Shown here: in pieces, positions 38,619 through 48,145 of the stretch
How positions within the stretch are numbered: the stretch's first letter is position 1
Layout: every line of letters begins with the position of its first letter
Assembly (NCBI GenBank): GCA_051882415.1
Contig: JBJERU010000003.1
Coordinates: 5,273 to 69,272, forward strand
Direction of reading: 5' to 3'
Length of the DNA stretch: 64,000 nt
From: Faecalibacterium sp.
GTDB taxonomy: Bacteria > Bacillota > Clostridia > Oscillospirales > Ruminococcaceae
Made by a program: the position numbers and the translations under genes
The notes under the pieces: model-generated
Told to the model about the DNA's origin: nothing
The model's input: the letters and a program-made list of their open reading frames with translations, nothing else
The model's database searches: none

Positions 38619-40304
38619 ATGGCAAAGGTGTACGATTCCACCTTTGGATCGCTGGGGCGCAGCCGCAAGCGCGCCCGGGAGGATTACATCCGCAACAAAG
38701 CCAGCGGCGACTGGGATCAGCTGAGCTGGTTCAAAAAAGCGCGCTTCACGCTGGCCAACCCCTTTGCGGTGCTGGGCGCCAAGCGCCGCGGCATTGATAA
38801 AGAGATCACCCGCCTGCAGGATACCAATCGTTGGGACAATGAAGAGGAGTGGGCAAGGAAGTATGCGGCACAGCGTGCTGCCAACGCTCCGCCGATCCAG
38901 ACTGCCCACGATCTTGAGCGGGAGATCCCACAGGACAGCATGCTGCGGGATACCGTTGACTTTGTAGCGGAAAACATCAGCTCTGAGGAAGGGGAACTGA
39001 CCGATCAGCTGGTCTCACAGTTTGCAAAGAGCGATGAACAGAAACACAGCATCCTGGAACAGGTCGGAAAAGGCAAGGAGATCTATACCTTCGGCACCGG
39101 CCTGCTTTCGGGGACCCGCGCTCTGGGCAACACAGCCCGTGCGTTCAAGGCCGTGGGCGAGTCGGGCAAGAGCGGCATTACCGGCAGCACCATGGAAGCA
39201 CTGACCGATGCGCTCACAACGCCGCTGGAGGGCGCTTCCAACGTGCTGGGCGTTGTGAAAGCGGGCATGAACCTGTTCGGCGGTGCGGGCAAAGGGGACA
39301 GCCTGGATCTGCTGGGCGGGACAAAGGGATTTGGCGGCACGGCGCTGGGCAAGATGATGGGCGCAGGCGAAGAAGGCTTGGGTATCGGAAATATCCTGGA
39401 CACCGCGGCCGCCGGCCTGAACCTTGTCAAGAATACCGCCAAGCTCCTCTCGAACACCGATATCCGCCGCAGATCCGGGAACGTTCAGAAACAGTTCCAG
39501 GCCGGATATAACGCTCTTCTTGCGCCAAACGCGCCGCTGGAAGACGAGTCGGCGATGGACGACGCGGAAAAGCATACCAAAAAGATGTACCAGAGCGCTT
39601 TTCTGGGCAACCGGAATGCCAAAGCGAACCAGATCGGCGCGGGTATGGACATTCTGGACAATGCCATCGGTGTGGGCAAAAACTTTGCGCCGCCGCTGGT
39701 GTCGCAGGGCATCGGTGTGGGGCAGAAGTTCCTGGGCTGGCTCAAGAACAAATTTGTTTCCAAGACCAAAAAGAACACGAATATCCAGCTGCTGAACGAG
39801 GAGATGGGCCTGGATCAGGAGATCACGGCGCAGGCCAAGAAGATGCTGGAGAAAAAGCGCCAGCAGCAGAACCCCAAGGCAGTGCTGGGGACGCAGGATG
39901 AGCTGTGGGATCAGACCGGCGAGCTGGAAAAGCTGCAGGTGCTGCGCAAAGCCAAACACGCCGTCCTGATGGGGCGGGGATTCAAGTCCGGCAAGCGCAG
40001 CGAGGCTGCGGGCCGCCTCCGGCTGGATCGTGCGGAGTATCTGAAACAGACCGCCGAAGATCCGACCGATCAGGCACAGAGCAAGCAGGCGCAGACGCTG
40101 CTCAAAGCTTTGCATGTCCACCGTGTCAAGGATGACCAGGGGAATAAGGAGTACAATGTGGATGATATCTCGACCCAGCTCGGACTGGAAGGCGGAGCAG
40201 AAGGTCTCCAGAACATCCAGAACAGCCGCGGCAGCAAGATCCAGTATCTGAAAAAACGCCGTTTCCGGGATTCGCTCAAGTCGTTCTTCTTCGGAAAAGG
40301 CTGA
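38127..40304 (+). CDS. DUF4157 (eCIS core domain) protein 2, paralogue of protein 1
   Basis: Identical first 164 aa; diverged but collinear C-terminus (RWDNEE, LRKAKHAVL, GFKSGKRSEA, GLEGG, SRGS shared). Confidence 0.9.
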   Translation: MQEYVQQRKRPGTLPPSFRGAETARSVPNSARLAASETQASPYSDALREKFARHQIPSAEREADRLSQGLTAQTPEQVRQQLGERLGADFSGVRFHTDAASAGRAESIGARAFATGRDVYFGQGGFDAGVAAHELVHTVQQGVVPAAVPTVSAPVGEVQMMPKWMAKVYDSTFGSLGRSRKRAREDYIRNKASGDWDQLSWFKKARFTLANPFAVLGAKRRGIDKEITRLQDTNRWDNEEEWARKYAAQRAANAPPIQTAHDLEREIPQDSMLRDTVDFVAENISSEEGELTDQLVSQFAKSDEQKHSILEQVGKGKEIYTFGTGLLSGTRALGNTARAFKAVGESGKSGITGSTMEALTDALTTPLEGASNVLGVVKAGMNLFGGAGKGDSLDLLGGTKGFGGTALGKMMGAGEEGLGIGNILDTAAAGLNLVKNTAKLLSNTDIRRRSGNVQKQFQAGYNALLAPNAPLEDESAMDDAEKHTKKMYQSAFLGNRNAKANQIGAGMDILDNAIGVGKNFAPPLVSQGIGVGQKFLGWLKNKFVSKTKKNTNIQLLNEEMGLDQEITAQAKKMLEKKRQQQNPKAVLGTQDELWDQTGELEKLQVLRKAKHAVLMGRGFKSGKRSEAAGRLRLDRAEYLKQTAEDPTDQAQSKQAQTLLKALHVHRVKDDQGNKEYNVDDISTQLGLEGGAEGLQNIQNSRGSKIQYLKKRRFRDSLKSFFFGKG

Positions 40305-40346
40305 GAAAGGCACCGGACAGGGGTCATCAGGAAAGGACAGACACCT

Positions 40347-40838
40347 ATGAAAAACGAAAAAACGATTTTGGAGATCATCCGCAGCGATTTAGAGCGGGCA
40401 GGCTATGAGCCGGAGCTGCTGCGGGAGGATGGAACGGACAGCCTGGCTTTTGTGCTGCCGCTGCTGCGGGATAACGGCGGAAAGGTGATGATGGAGCTGT
40501 TTTTCCGGCCAGTGACCGAGAAGATGTCCCGGCTGGTATTCCTCACGCTGTTGATCCATGACCATCCCAAAGGGATGGACGAGCTGGCCAAAGCGCTGCC
40601 CCAGTGGAATCTGGAAGCGGAGATCGGCACCTATGTGATGGTGCGCGAAGGGGCACAGGTGTACCACAAGTATGACCTTCTGGCTGCGGAGGACGATCAG
40701 CCGCTGGAGATCGGGCTTCAGACCCAGCGCGTCCTTTATACGATAAGCCAGGAGCTGGTGGAGCATCTGGGCGTGATCCGCGCGCTGGCAACGGGCCGCA
40801 TGACGCTGGAACAGGCAAAAAAGAAGGGCTACTGCTGA
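40347..40838 (+). CDS. Hypothetical protein, possible YbjN / secretion chaperone-like fold
   Basis: 163 aa acidic alpha/beta protein, LPQWNLEAEIGTY segment; AAAGGA SD. Confidence 0.55.
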   Translation: MKNEKTILEIIRSDLERAGYEPELLREDGTDSLAFVLPLLRDNGGKVMMELFFRPVTEKMSRLVFLTLLIHDHPKGMDELAKALPQWNLEAEIGTYVMVREGAQVYHKYDLLAAEDDQPLEIGLQTQRVLYTISQELVEHLGVIRALATGRMTLEQAKKKGYC

Positions 40839-40866
40839 GGTATGCCGCTGAAAAGGAGAAGCTATT

Positions 40867-41553
40867 ATGAAAAAAACACTGCTTTTGATGATTGGGATCC
40901 TCTGCCTTGCGGTATCAGTGACCGCCTGTTCGGACAAGCCGCTCCAAAGCGAAAGCGCTGACGCCCCACCCGAGAGTGTGGCTTTGGAGCAGACTGAGAG
41001 CAAGACCATCCGGCCGCTGCCGCAGACCATAGAACTGTCGGCTCTGGACAACTGCACCGTGGCGGCCGCCGTGGAAGAAGGCGGGATCTATCTGGATGAC
41101 ACCGGAAAAGCGCGGATGAAAGCGGTCGTCTACGATTATGACCGCTACGATATGGCAGATATCGCCGCTCTGAGCGAGGGGGATATCATCGAGCTGCGCG
41201 GCGAGGAAGTGACCGTAACCTCCGTAGAGCGCGAAGAGAGCGGACTGGTGATCCTCAACGGAGGGATCGAGCAGGGCGGCTGGGAGCTGTTCACAGAGGA
41301 TGCAGGCGTCTATTTTGAGACCGGCTTCGATGATATCCGGACCTGGAAGGAGCTGGGCACTGTGATCCTCCCGGTGAACGAGGAATTTATTTTTACAGAT
41401 ACCGCGGATCTGGAAAAGGGCGAAGAAGTGTGGTATGCGGGGGATTTCCTCCAGCCGGAGCTGGAGGTTCGCTATGGCTTCACGCCGTATAATACCACCA
41501 TCACGATCCAGAACGGGGAGGTCGTGGCCATGACCCGCGTGTTCACTCCGTAA
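40867..41553 (+). CDS. Acidic lipoprotein of unknown function
   Basis: MKK + hydrophobic signal + VTAC lipobox; AAGGAG SD. Confidence 0.8.
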   Translation: MKKTLLLMIGILCLAVSVTACSDKPLQSESADAPPESVALEQTESKTIRPLPQTIELSALDNCTVAAAVEEGGIYLDDTGKARMKAVVYDYDRYDMADIAALSEGDIIELRGEEVTVTSVEREESGLVILNGGIEQGGWELFTEDAGVYFETGFDDIRTWKELGTVILPVNEEFIFTDTADLEKGEEVWYAGDFLQPELEVRYGFTPYNTTITIQNGEVVAMTRVFTP

Positions 41554-41586
41554 AAAGACCGGGCGGTAAACCTGAAACGCAAAACA

Positions 41587-41635
41587 GCCGGGATAGGCAG
41601 CAGGCAAAAGCCGAGGCCATCCCGGTTTTCTGTTT
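41587..41635 (+). terminator. Possible terminator after lipoprotein gene
   Basis: GCCGGGAT ... ATCCCGGT stem followed by TTTCTGTTT. Confidence 0.45.
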
Positions 41636-41659
41636 CTGCCGCTGGGTCGGGAGCGCTGC

Positions 41660-41688
41660 TTGCAATTTTCGCAATCGCTTGCTATAAT
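41660..41688 (+). promoter_or_regulatory. sigmaA promoter of LacI gene with overlapping operator
   Basis: TTGCAA-17 nt-TATAAT; spacer contains GCAATCGCTTGC, one mismatch from palindrome GCAATCGATTGC. Confidence 0.8.
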
Positions 41689-41725
41689 GGTTGCAGAAAG
41701 TTGCAGAGAGACAGGAGGCGTGGGT

Positions 41726-42736
41726 ATGACCATCTATGATATCGCACGGGAGGCGGGCGTTTCGGCCAGCACGGTGTCCCGTGTGATCAACAACAAGCCC
41801 GGCATCAAGGAAAGCACCCGCAAGCGTGTCCAGAAGCTGCTGGACGAATACAATTATACACCGGACGTGTCGGCACGGGGGCTGGTCACGCAGGCATCAA
41901 AGTTTATCGGTATCCTGATCGAGGATATCCGTGTCTCGCATCACACCGAGTCCGCCTATGTCATCGAGCAGGAGATGACCCGGCAGGGCTATACCTGCAT
42001 CACCTTCAGCACAGGTGCGGACGATGCAAAAAAGACACAGTACATCGAGATCCTGGAGCAGCGCCGGGTGGAGGGGGCGATCTTTATCGGCTCCATGTTC
42101 GGCACGGAGGCTGTGTGTAAAAGCACAGCGCAGCACCTTTCCGGCATCCCGGTGGTGGTCGTCAATGGGACACTGGATCTGCCCAACGCGTACAGCGTCC
42201 TGATCGATGAGGAACGCGGCACAGAGGAATGTGTGGCTCTTTTAGCAGGCAAGGGCAGAAAAAATCTGGCTTATCTCATGGATATGCCCACCCCCGCCAA
42301 CGCGAAAAAGAACCGCGGATTCTGTACCGGGATGCTCCGGCAGGGGCTTTGCTCGGAAGGCCGGTCGGTTTTTGCGGAGGTGGACGGCACCACAGGGCCG
42401 CGCAGTTCCATCGAGCGCGGACGGCGGGAGACAGAGGAACTGCTGAAACAGCTCCCCGGAGTGGACGGCATCGTCTGCGCAACGGATATGCTGGCCATCG
42501 GTTGTATCCAGGAGCTGAAACGGCTGGGTATCTCCGTGCCGGAGCAGGTGGCGGTCATTGGGGTGGATAATACCCTTTACGGCCAGATCTGCACGCCTGC
42601 GCTGACAACGCTGGACAACAAACTGGGTGAGGTGAGCCTTGCGGCGGCAAATGTGCTGCTGGATGTGCTGCAGGACCGCCCGGTGAGCCACAAGCTGATG
42701 CTGCTCACCGAGATCATCCAGAGGGAAAGCACCTGA
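41726..42736 (+). CDS. LacI family transcriptional regulator
   Basis: MTIYDIAREAGVSASTVSRVIN HTH; VPEQVAVIGVDN, PALTT. Confidence 0.96.
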   Translation: MTIYDIAREAGVSASTVSRVINNKPGIKESTRKRVQKLLDEYNYTPDVSARGLVTQASKFIGILIEDIRVSHHTESAYVIEQEMTRQGYTCITFSTGADDAKKTQYIEILEQRRVEGAIFIGSMFGTEAVCKSTAQHLSGIPVVVVNGTLDLPNAYSVLIDEERGTEECVALLAGKGRKNLAYLMDMPTPANAKKNRGFCTGMLRQGLCSEGRSVFAEVDGTTGPRSSIERGRRETEELLKQLPGVDGIVCATDMLAIGCIQELKRLGISVPEQVAVIGVDNTLYGQICTPALTTLDNKLGEVSLAAANVLLDVLQDRPVSHKLMLLTEIIQREST

Positions 42737-42751
42737 ACGACAGAGGCCCGC

Positions 42752-42797
42752 AGGCCCTCCGCACTTTTGGAAACAGAAGTACGGAGGGCCTTTTTTT
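42752..42797 (+). terminator. Intrinsic terminator after LacI gene
   Basis: AGGCCCTCCG ... CGGAGGGCCT stem with T7 tail. Confidence 0.88.
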
Positions 42798-42806
42798 GAG
42801 CATAAT

Positions 42807-42952
42807 TGAAATCGATTGCGATAAACGGTTTCTATTTCTTCAAAATTTGATGAATATCACAAAATAAAATCGTAAATATTGTTAAAAATGCGGATTGAAA
42901 AGCGGATAAAAAGTGTGTATTCTAAGAACTGCAAGAAATCGCAATCGATTGC
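42807..42952 (+). promoter_or_regulatory. Promoter and two LacI-type operators of the yiaK/TRAP operon
   Basis: GAAATCGATTGC at ~42808, TTGAAA(42895)-17 nt-TATTCT(42918), perfect palindrome GCAATCGATTGC at 42941-42952. Confidence 0.8.
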
Positions 42953-43008
42953 AAAAAATAAATAAAATCAGGGCTTATCCAGAAGAACAGAAAAGGAGAA
43001 CAACTGCT

Positions 43009-43482
43009 ATGATCTACGGCAACATCAACGCAAAAGAGACCGAAACGGCCTACACCCCCGTCATCCGCAAGGCACTGGAGATCCTGCGCACCACCGATGT
43101 CAGTGAGATGCACCACGGCAAATACCCCATCGACGGCGACCGGCTGATCCTGCAGATCAACGAGATCACCACCGGCCCCAAAGAGAAAAAACGCCCGGAG
43201 GTGCACCGCCAGTACATCGATGTGCAGTATATGGTCCACGGCCACGAGCTGATCGGTTTCTACCCGGACTGCAAGGACGGCGAGGTGCTGGAGGACAACC
43301 TGGATACCAACGATGTGCTGTTCTATAAAGAGCGGGCGGACGTGCATGAGATCATGCTGCCCATGACCGACGGCTGCTATGCGGTGTTCTTCCCGGAGGA
43401 CGTCCACCGCCCCTGCTGCATGATGGACGCGCCCGAGGACGTCAAAAAGATCGTGCTGAAGGTCCGTGTGGATTCGCTGTGA
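43009..43482 (+). CDS. YhcH/YjgK/YiaL family protein
   Basis: PEVHRQYIDVQY, FFPEDVHRP, KKIVLKV; start ATG 43009 after AAGGAG. Confidence 0.93.
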   Translation: MIYGNINAKETETAYTPVIRKALEILRTTDVSEMHHGKYPIDGDRLILQINEITTGPKEKKRPEVHRQYIDVQYMVHGHELIGFYPDCKDGEVLEDNLDTNDVLFYKERADVHEIMLPMTDGCYAVFFPEDVHRPCCMMDAPEDVKKIVLKVRVDSL

Positions 43483-43509
43483 TTTGGAAGAAAGAGGAGG
43501 AAAACAACG

Positions 43510-44511
43510 ATGAGAGTTCCCTATGAAACGATGCTGGCCGAGTTCGAGCGTGTGCTGAAGAAATACGGCTTCTCCGCCGACCGCGCCCACGACGCCGCCG
43601 AGATCTTTGCCCAGAACAGTCTGGCAGGCGTGTTCAGCCACGGCCTGAACCGCTTTCCGGTGGTGGTGGACTACCTGAAAAAGGGCGGCATCGACCCGGC
43701 ATCCGAGGCAGAGTGCGTCGGCCGCTTTGGGGCCATGGAGCGCTGGGACGGTCACAGAGGCTTTGGCCCGCTGAACGCCAAGCGCGCGATGGACCGCGCC
43801 GTAGAGCTGGCCAAAGACAACGGCATCGGTCTGGTGGCGCTGGGCAACAACAACCACTGGATGCGGGGCGGCACCTACGGCTGGCAGGCGGCGGATGCGG
43901 GCTGCATCGGCATCTGCTGGTCCAACACCTGCCCCAATATGCCGGCCTGGGGCGCAAAGGACAATCACATCGGCAACAATCCGCTGATCCTGGCGGTGCC
44001 GCGCTCCAACGGCGAGCACGTCATGGTGGACTGCGCACTGAGCCAGTTCAGCTACGGTAAGCTGGAAACGACCCGTCTGGCCGGCAAGCAGCTCCCGGTG
44101 GTGGGCGGCTACGATGAAGAGGGCAGCCTTACCACCGACCCGGCGGCCATCGAAAAGACCCGCCGCATGATCCCCATCGGCTACTGGAAGGGCAGCGGGC
44201 TGTCCATCCTGCTGGACATGATCGCCACCGTCCTCACCAATGCCAATTCGGTGGCGAAGATCGGCACCTTCGGGGACGAGATCGGCCTGACCCAGATCAT
44301 GATCGCCATCGATCCGTCCAAATTCCAGAGCGCGGATGTGACCGATGCCATTGTGGATGCCATCGCCGCGGATGTGGCGGCCAGCGAACCGGTGCGCGAG
44401 GGGGCAGAAGTGCGCTGCCCCGGTCTGGGCGAGCACCGCAGCCGCAAGGAAAATCTGGCGCTGGGCATCCCGGTGGCTGAAGAAAAGTGGGAGCAGGTCC
44501 TGGCGATGTGA
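43510..44511 (+). CDS. yiaK: 3-dehydro-L-gulonate 2-dehydrogenase (2,3-diketo-L-gulonate reductase)
   Basis: GVFSHGLNRFP, NHWMRGGTYGWQAA, ICWSNT, MPAWG, IGNNPL, SQFSYG, GYWKGSG. Confidence 0.92.
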   Translation: MRVPYETMLAEFERVLKKYGFSADRAHDAAEIFAQNSLAGVFSHGLNRFPVVVDYLKKGGIDPASEAECVGRFGAMERWDGHRGFGPLNAKRAMDRAVELAKDNGIGLVALGNNNHWMRGGTYGWQAADAGCIGICWSNTCPNMPAWGAKDNHIGNNPLILAVPRSNGEHVMVDCALSQFSYGKLETTRLAGKQLPVVGGYDEEGSLTTDPAAIEKTRRMIPIGYWKGSGLSILLDMIATVLTNANSVAKIGTFGDEIGLTQIMIAIDPSKFQSADVTDAIVDAIAADVAASEPVREGAEVRCPGLGEHRSRKENLALGIPVAEEKWEQVLAM

Positions 44512-44539
44512 TGCCAGCGGAGAAAAAGGAGAAATACCC

Positions 44540-45580
44540 GTGGAAAAAAAGATCGACCGCCGCGCCTTTTTAAAGGTGCTGGGCGCGGCAGCTCTGGCGG
44601 GAGCTGCCGTCAGTCTGACCGGCTGCGGGAGCGCCGGAGCAGACGGAGAAAAGACCACCATTATCCGGGTGGCCTTCAACCAGCCGGAAACGCACGCCGA
44701 ATATATCGCTCTGGCGGATTTCGGCGAGAAATTCCGCGCCGCGACCAATGGCCGCTATGAAGTGCAGATCTACCCCAACGCGGTTCTGGGAGACCAGGGC
44801 CCTGTGACCGAGATGATCCGCACCGGGGCGCTTCAGCTTGCCGTGGTGCCGATCTCGGTGCCGGAAAGCTACAACGAGGACTTTGCCATCATCGCCGCGC
44901 CCTACCTTTACGATAATTTACAGCAGATGGAGACGGCCGCCCGGGAGGGCGTGTTCGATCCGCTGTTTGCCACCACCGACAAATTCAACTTTGAGGTAGT
45001 GACCCTGTACACCTCCGGTGCACGGCATATTTATACCGACAAGCCCATCGTCACGCCGGAGGATCTCAAGGGCTATAAGATCCGCGTGCAGAACTCGGAT
45101 ACTTACCTCCAGATGGTGAGTCTGATGGGCGGCGTGGGCATCGCCATGGCGCAGAGCGAGGTCTACTCTGCGGTGCAGCAGCATGTGATCGAAGGCGGCG
45201 AGAACTCCGAGGTGGTTTACAACAACTTCAAGCACTACGAGGTATCCCCCTATTTCAGCTATACCAACCACCTTGTCATGACCGACGTGGTGGTGGCCAA
45301 CAAGGACTTTTTGGACGAGATGGACAGCGAGACCCGAGAGACCTTCCGCAGGCTGATGAAGGAATCCATGGAGGTGGAATTTGCCGCCTGGGATGAGAAC
45401 ATCGAGCAGGCAAAGGCTGTGCTGGAGCAGCAGGGCGTCGTCTTTGTGGAATCGGATATCGCGGCGTTCCGGGAGCGGTGCATGCCGCTGCTGGAGAGCA
45501 TCGCCGACCGTTCCGAGATGACCCGCGAAGTATACGACAAGGTCATGGAGATCAAGCAGAGAGAGGAGCAGGCGGTATGA
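44540..45580 (+). CDS. TRAP transporter substrate-binding protein (DctP family), lipoprotein with twin-arginine-like signal
   Basis: GTG start after AAGGAG; DRRAFLK and LTGC; DLKGYKIRVQ, EVYSAVQQHVIEGGEN. Confidence 0.93.
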   Translation: MEKKIDRRAFLKVLGAAALAGAAVSLTGCGSAGADGEKTTIIRVAFNQPETHAEYIALADFGEKFRAATNGRYEVQIYPNAVLGDQGPVTEMIRTGALQLAVVPISVPESYNEDFAIIAAPYLYDNLQQMETAAREGVFDPLFATTDKFNFEVVTLYTSGARHIYTDKPIVTPEDLKGYKIRVQNSDTYLQMVSLMGGVGIAMAQSEVYSAVQQHVIEGGENSEVVYNNFKHYEVSPYFSYTNHLVMTDVVVANKDFLDEMDSETRETFRRLMKESMEVEFAAWDENIEQAKAVLEQQGVVFVESDIAAFRERCMPLLESIADRSEMTREVYDKVMEIKQREEQAV

Positions 45581-46056
45581 ACAAACTGAAACAAGGCATC
45601 GACCGTGCCGTGGAGCTTTTTTCGGTGGCGCTGGTGGTGGTCATGGTGCTGCTGGTGCTGTGGCAGGTCGTGGCCCGGTATCTGCTCAACAGTCCCAGCG
45701 GCTTCAGCGAGGCGCTGACCCGCTATCTGTTCGTCTGGCTGGTCCTGATCACATCGACCTATGCGTTCGGCAGCCGGGATCATATGTACATCGCGGCTCT
45801 GAATGACCGCCTGAAGGGAAAAGTCAAAACAGTGGTGAACATCCTTATCGAACTGCTGACCGCTGTATTCTCGGGCTGCGTCATGGTCTATGGCGGCAGC
45901 ATCATCACCCGGATGCAGATGGTCTCGCTGGATTCCAGCCTGCACATCCCCATGGGCGTGGTCTATGCCATCATCCCGGTGTGCGGCGTCATCACGGTAT
46001 TCTACTGCGTCTGCAATATCCTGGAGGAACTCTCCAAAGCAAAGGAGGCTGTCTGA
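45577..46056 (+). CDS. TRAP transporter small permease (DctQ)
   Basis: Four TM helices, QVVARY, SEALTRYLFVW. Confidence 0.93.
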   Translation: MNKLKQGIDRAVELFSVALVVVMVLLVLWQVVARYLLNSPSGFSEALTRYLFVWLVLITSTYAFGSRDHMYIAALNDRLKGKVKTVVNILIELLTAVFSGCVMVYGGSIITRMQMVSLDSSLHIPMGVVYAIIPVCGVITVFYCVCNILEELSKAKEAV

Positions 46057-46057
46057 T

Positions 46058-47365
46058 ATGACTCTTGCCGTTCAAACCGCCCTCGTCATGGTCGTGCTGC
46101 TGGTGGTCATGCTGGCCATGGGCGCATCCATCAGCGTTTCGGTGGGCCTTTCCAGCGCGATGGCCATGCTCTGCATGCTGCCCGCCAAAGTCTCCTTCGT
46201 CACCAGCGCCCAGCGGCTGTTTGCGGGGGCCAATTCCTTCTCCCTGATCGCCATCCCGTTCTTCATCCTTGCGGGCAACCTGATGAACAACGGCGGCATT
46301 GCGGAGCGTCTGGTCAACGTGGCCAAAGCCATTGCGGGCCGGATGCCCGGCGCGCTGGCGCAGACCAATATCATCGCCAATATGCTGTTTGGCGCCATCT
46401 CCGGTTCCGGTGCGGCGGCTGCTGCCGCAATGGGCGGCACCATCGGCCCCATGGAAGAAAAAGAAGGCTACGATCCCATTTACAGCGCTGCCGTCAACAT
46501 CGCGTCGGCTCCCACCGGTATGCTCATCCCGCCTTCCAACCTGATGATCGTCTACTCCACCATTGCCGGCAGCGTTTCGGTGGCGGCGCTGTTCACGGCG
46601 GGCTATGTGCCCGGCATCCTGTGGGGCCTCATCGTCATGGTGCTGGCAGGCATCGCCGCAAAAAAGCGCGGCTATGTGGTGCAGGAGCGCGTCTCCGGCA
46701 AGGAGGCGCTCAAAGCCATCCTGGATGCCATCCCCAGCCTGATGCTCATCGTGATCATCATCGGCGGCATTCTGGGCGGCGTGTTCACCGCTACCGAAGC
46801 TTCCGCTGTCGCGGTGGCCTATGCGACCATCCTGGGCCTGATCTATAAGGGCTTTACCCTGAAAGATCTGCCCCGCATCATTCTGGAATCCGCCAAGATG
46901 ACCGGCATCATCACCCTGATGATCGGCCTGTCCTCCATCATGTCCTGGGTCATGGCCTTCACCGGTCTGCCGGATCTGATCGCAAACGGCATCCTGTCCA
47001 TGACCAACAGCCAATATCTCATCCTGATCCTGATGAATGTGATCCTGCTCGTCGTCGGCACCTTTATGGATCCGACCCCGGCGGTGCTTATTTTCACCCC
47101 CATCTTCCTGCCCATCTGCCAGACGTTCGGGATGCATCCCGTGCAGTTTGGCATCATGGTCAGCATGAACCTGTGCATCGGCACCATCACCCCGCCGGTG
47201 GGTTCCATCCTGTTCACCGGCTGCAAGGTCGGCCATGTCAAGATCGAGCAGGTCATCAAAGAGCTGCTGCCGTATTTCTTCTCCATCATACTGGCTCTGC
47301 TGCTGGTGACATACATCCCGGCCATTTCGATGGCGCTGCCCACGATGGCGGGCCTGATCAAGTGA
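46058..47365 (+). CDS. TRAP transporter large permease (DctM)
   Basis: SFSLIAIPFFILAG, FGAISGS, LIPPS, FTATEAS, ITPPVG. Confidence 0.95.
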   Translation: MTLAVQTALVMVVLLVVMLAMGASISVSVGLSSAMAMLCMLPAKVSFVTSAQRLFAGANSFSLIAIPFFILAGNLMNNGGIAERLVNVAKAIAGRMPGALAQTNIIANMLFGAISGSGAAAAAAMGGTIGPMEEKEGYDPIYSAAVNIASAPTGMLIPPSNLMIVYSTIAGSVSVAALFTAGYVPGILWGLIVMVLAGIAAKKRGYVVQERVSGKEALKAILDAIPSLMLIVIIIGGILGGVFTATEASAVAVAYATILGLIYKGFTLKDLPRIILESAKMTGIITLMIGLSSIMSWVMAFTGLPDLIANGILSMTNSQYLILILMNVILLVVGTFMDPTPAVLIFTPIFLPICQTFGMHPVQFGIMVSMNLCIGTITPPVGSILFTGCKVGHVKIEQVIKELLPYFFSIILALLLVTYIPAISMALPTMAGLIK

Positions 47366-47375
47366 GGGGATATCC

Positions 47376-48026
47376 ATGGAAAAGATCCTCTGTCCCTCCC
47401 TGCTCAATCTGTCGGATGACTGCCTGAAAGAAGAGATCCGGCGCCTCGACCAAAGCGGGGTGGATATCCTGCATCTGGACGTGATGGACGGCGATTATGT
47501 GCCCAACTTTGGCATGAGCTTCAACGAGATCGCCACCGTCCGCGCCAACACCTCCCTGAAGCTGGATCTTCATATGATGATGAAGCAGCCTCGCCGCTAT
47601 ATCGAGCGCTATGCTGCCTGCGGCGTGGATATCATCTACATCCACCCGGATTCCGAAGCGATCCCCACCGAGACGCTGGCCCTCATCCGCCGATTGGGGA
47701 AGCATCCCGGAATCGTCATCAATCCCGGCGTCTCGCTGGAAACCGTGCGGGAGCTGTTCCCGCTGGTGAACTATGTCCTGGTCATGACGGTGGATCCCGG
47801 CTTTGCCGGGCGGGATTACCTGCCCTATGTGGAACCCAAGATCGAACGTCTGGCTCAGCTGCGGAAACAGTACGGTTTCCATATCGTCGTGGATGGCGGC
47901 GTCACCTGGGAGGTGCTGCGCCGCCTGTGGGCGAAGGGCATCGAGGGCTTTGTACTGGGCAAGCAGGTCTTTTTCGGTCAGCCCCGGCCTTATGCCGATA
48001 TTGTCCGGGAAATACGAGCCATCTGA
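47376..48026 (+). CDS. Ribulose-phosphate 3-epimerase family protein
   Basis: PSLL, HLDVMDGDYVPN, DLHMM, VMTVDPGFAG, VDGG. Confidence 0.92.
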   Translation: MEKILCPSLLNLSDDCLKEEIRRLDQSGVDILHLDVMDGDYVPNFGMSFNEIATVRANTSLKLDLHMMMKQPRRYIERYAACGVDIIYIHPDSEAIPTETLALIRRLGKHPGIVINPGVSLETVRELFPLVNYVLVMTVDPGFAGRDYLPYVEPKIERLAQLRKQYGFHIVVDGGVTWEVLRRLWAKGIEGFVLGKQVFFGQPRPYADIVREIRAI

Positions 48027-48054
48027 GCAGCCTGCGCTGCCCGGGATGCGCGCT

Positions 48055-48095
48055 AAAAAGGTGCCGCACAGCCAAATGCTGTGCGGCACCTTTTT
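48055..48095 (+). terminator. Intrinsic terminator
   Basis: AAAAAGGTGCCGCACAGC-CAAAT-GCTGTGCGGCACCTTTTT. Confidence 0.92.
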
Positions 48096-48145
48096 GCTTG
48101 AAATGCTTGTGCTCTGGTTCCGCGGCGCAGACGCTGCTCAACAGG

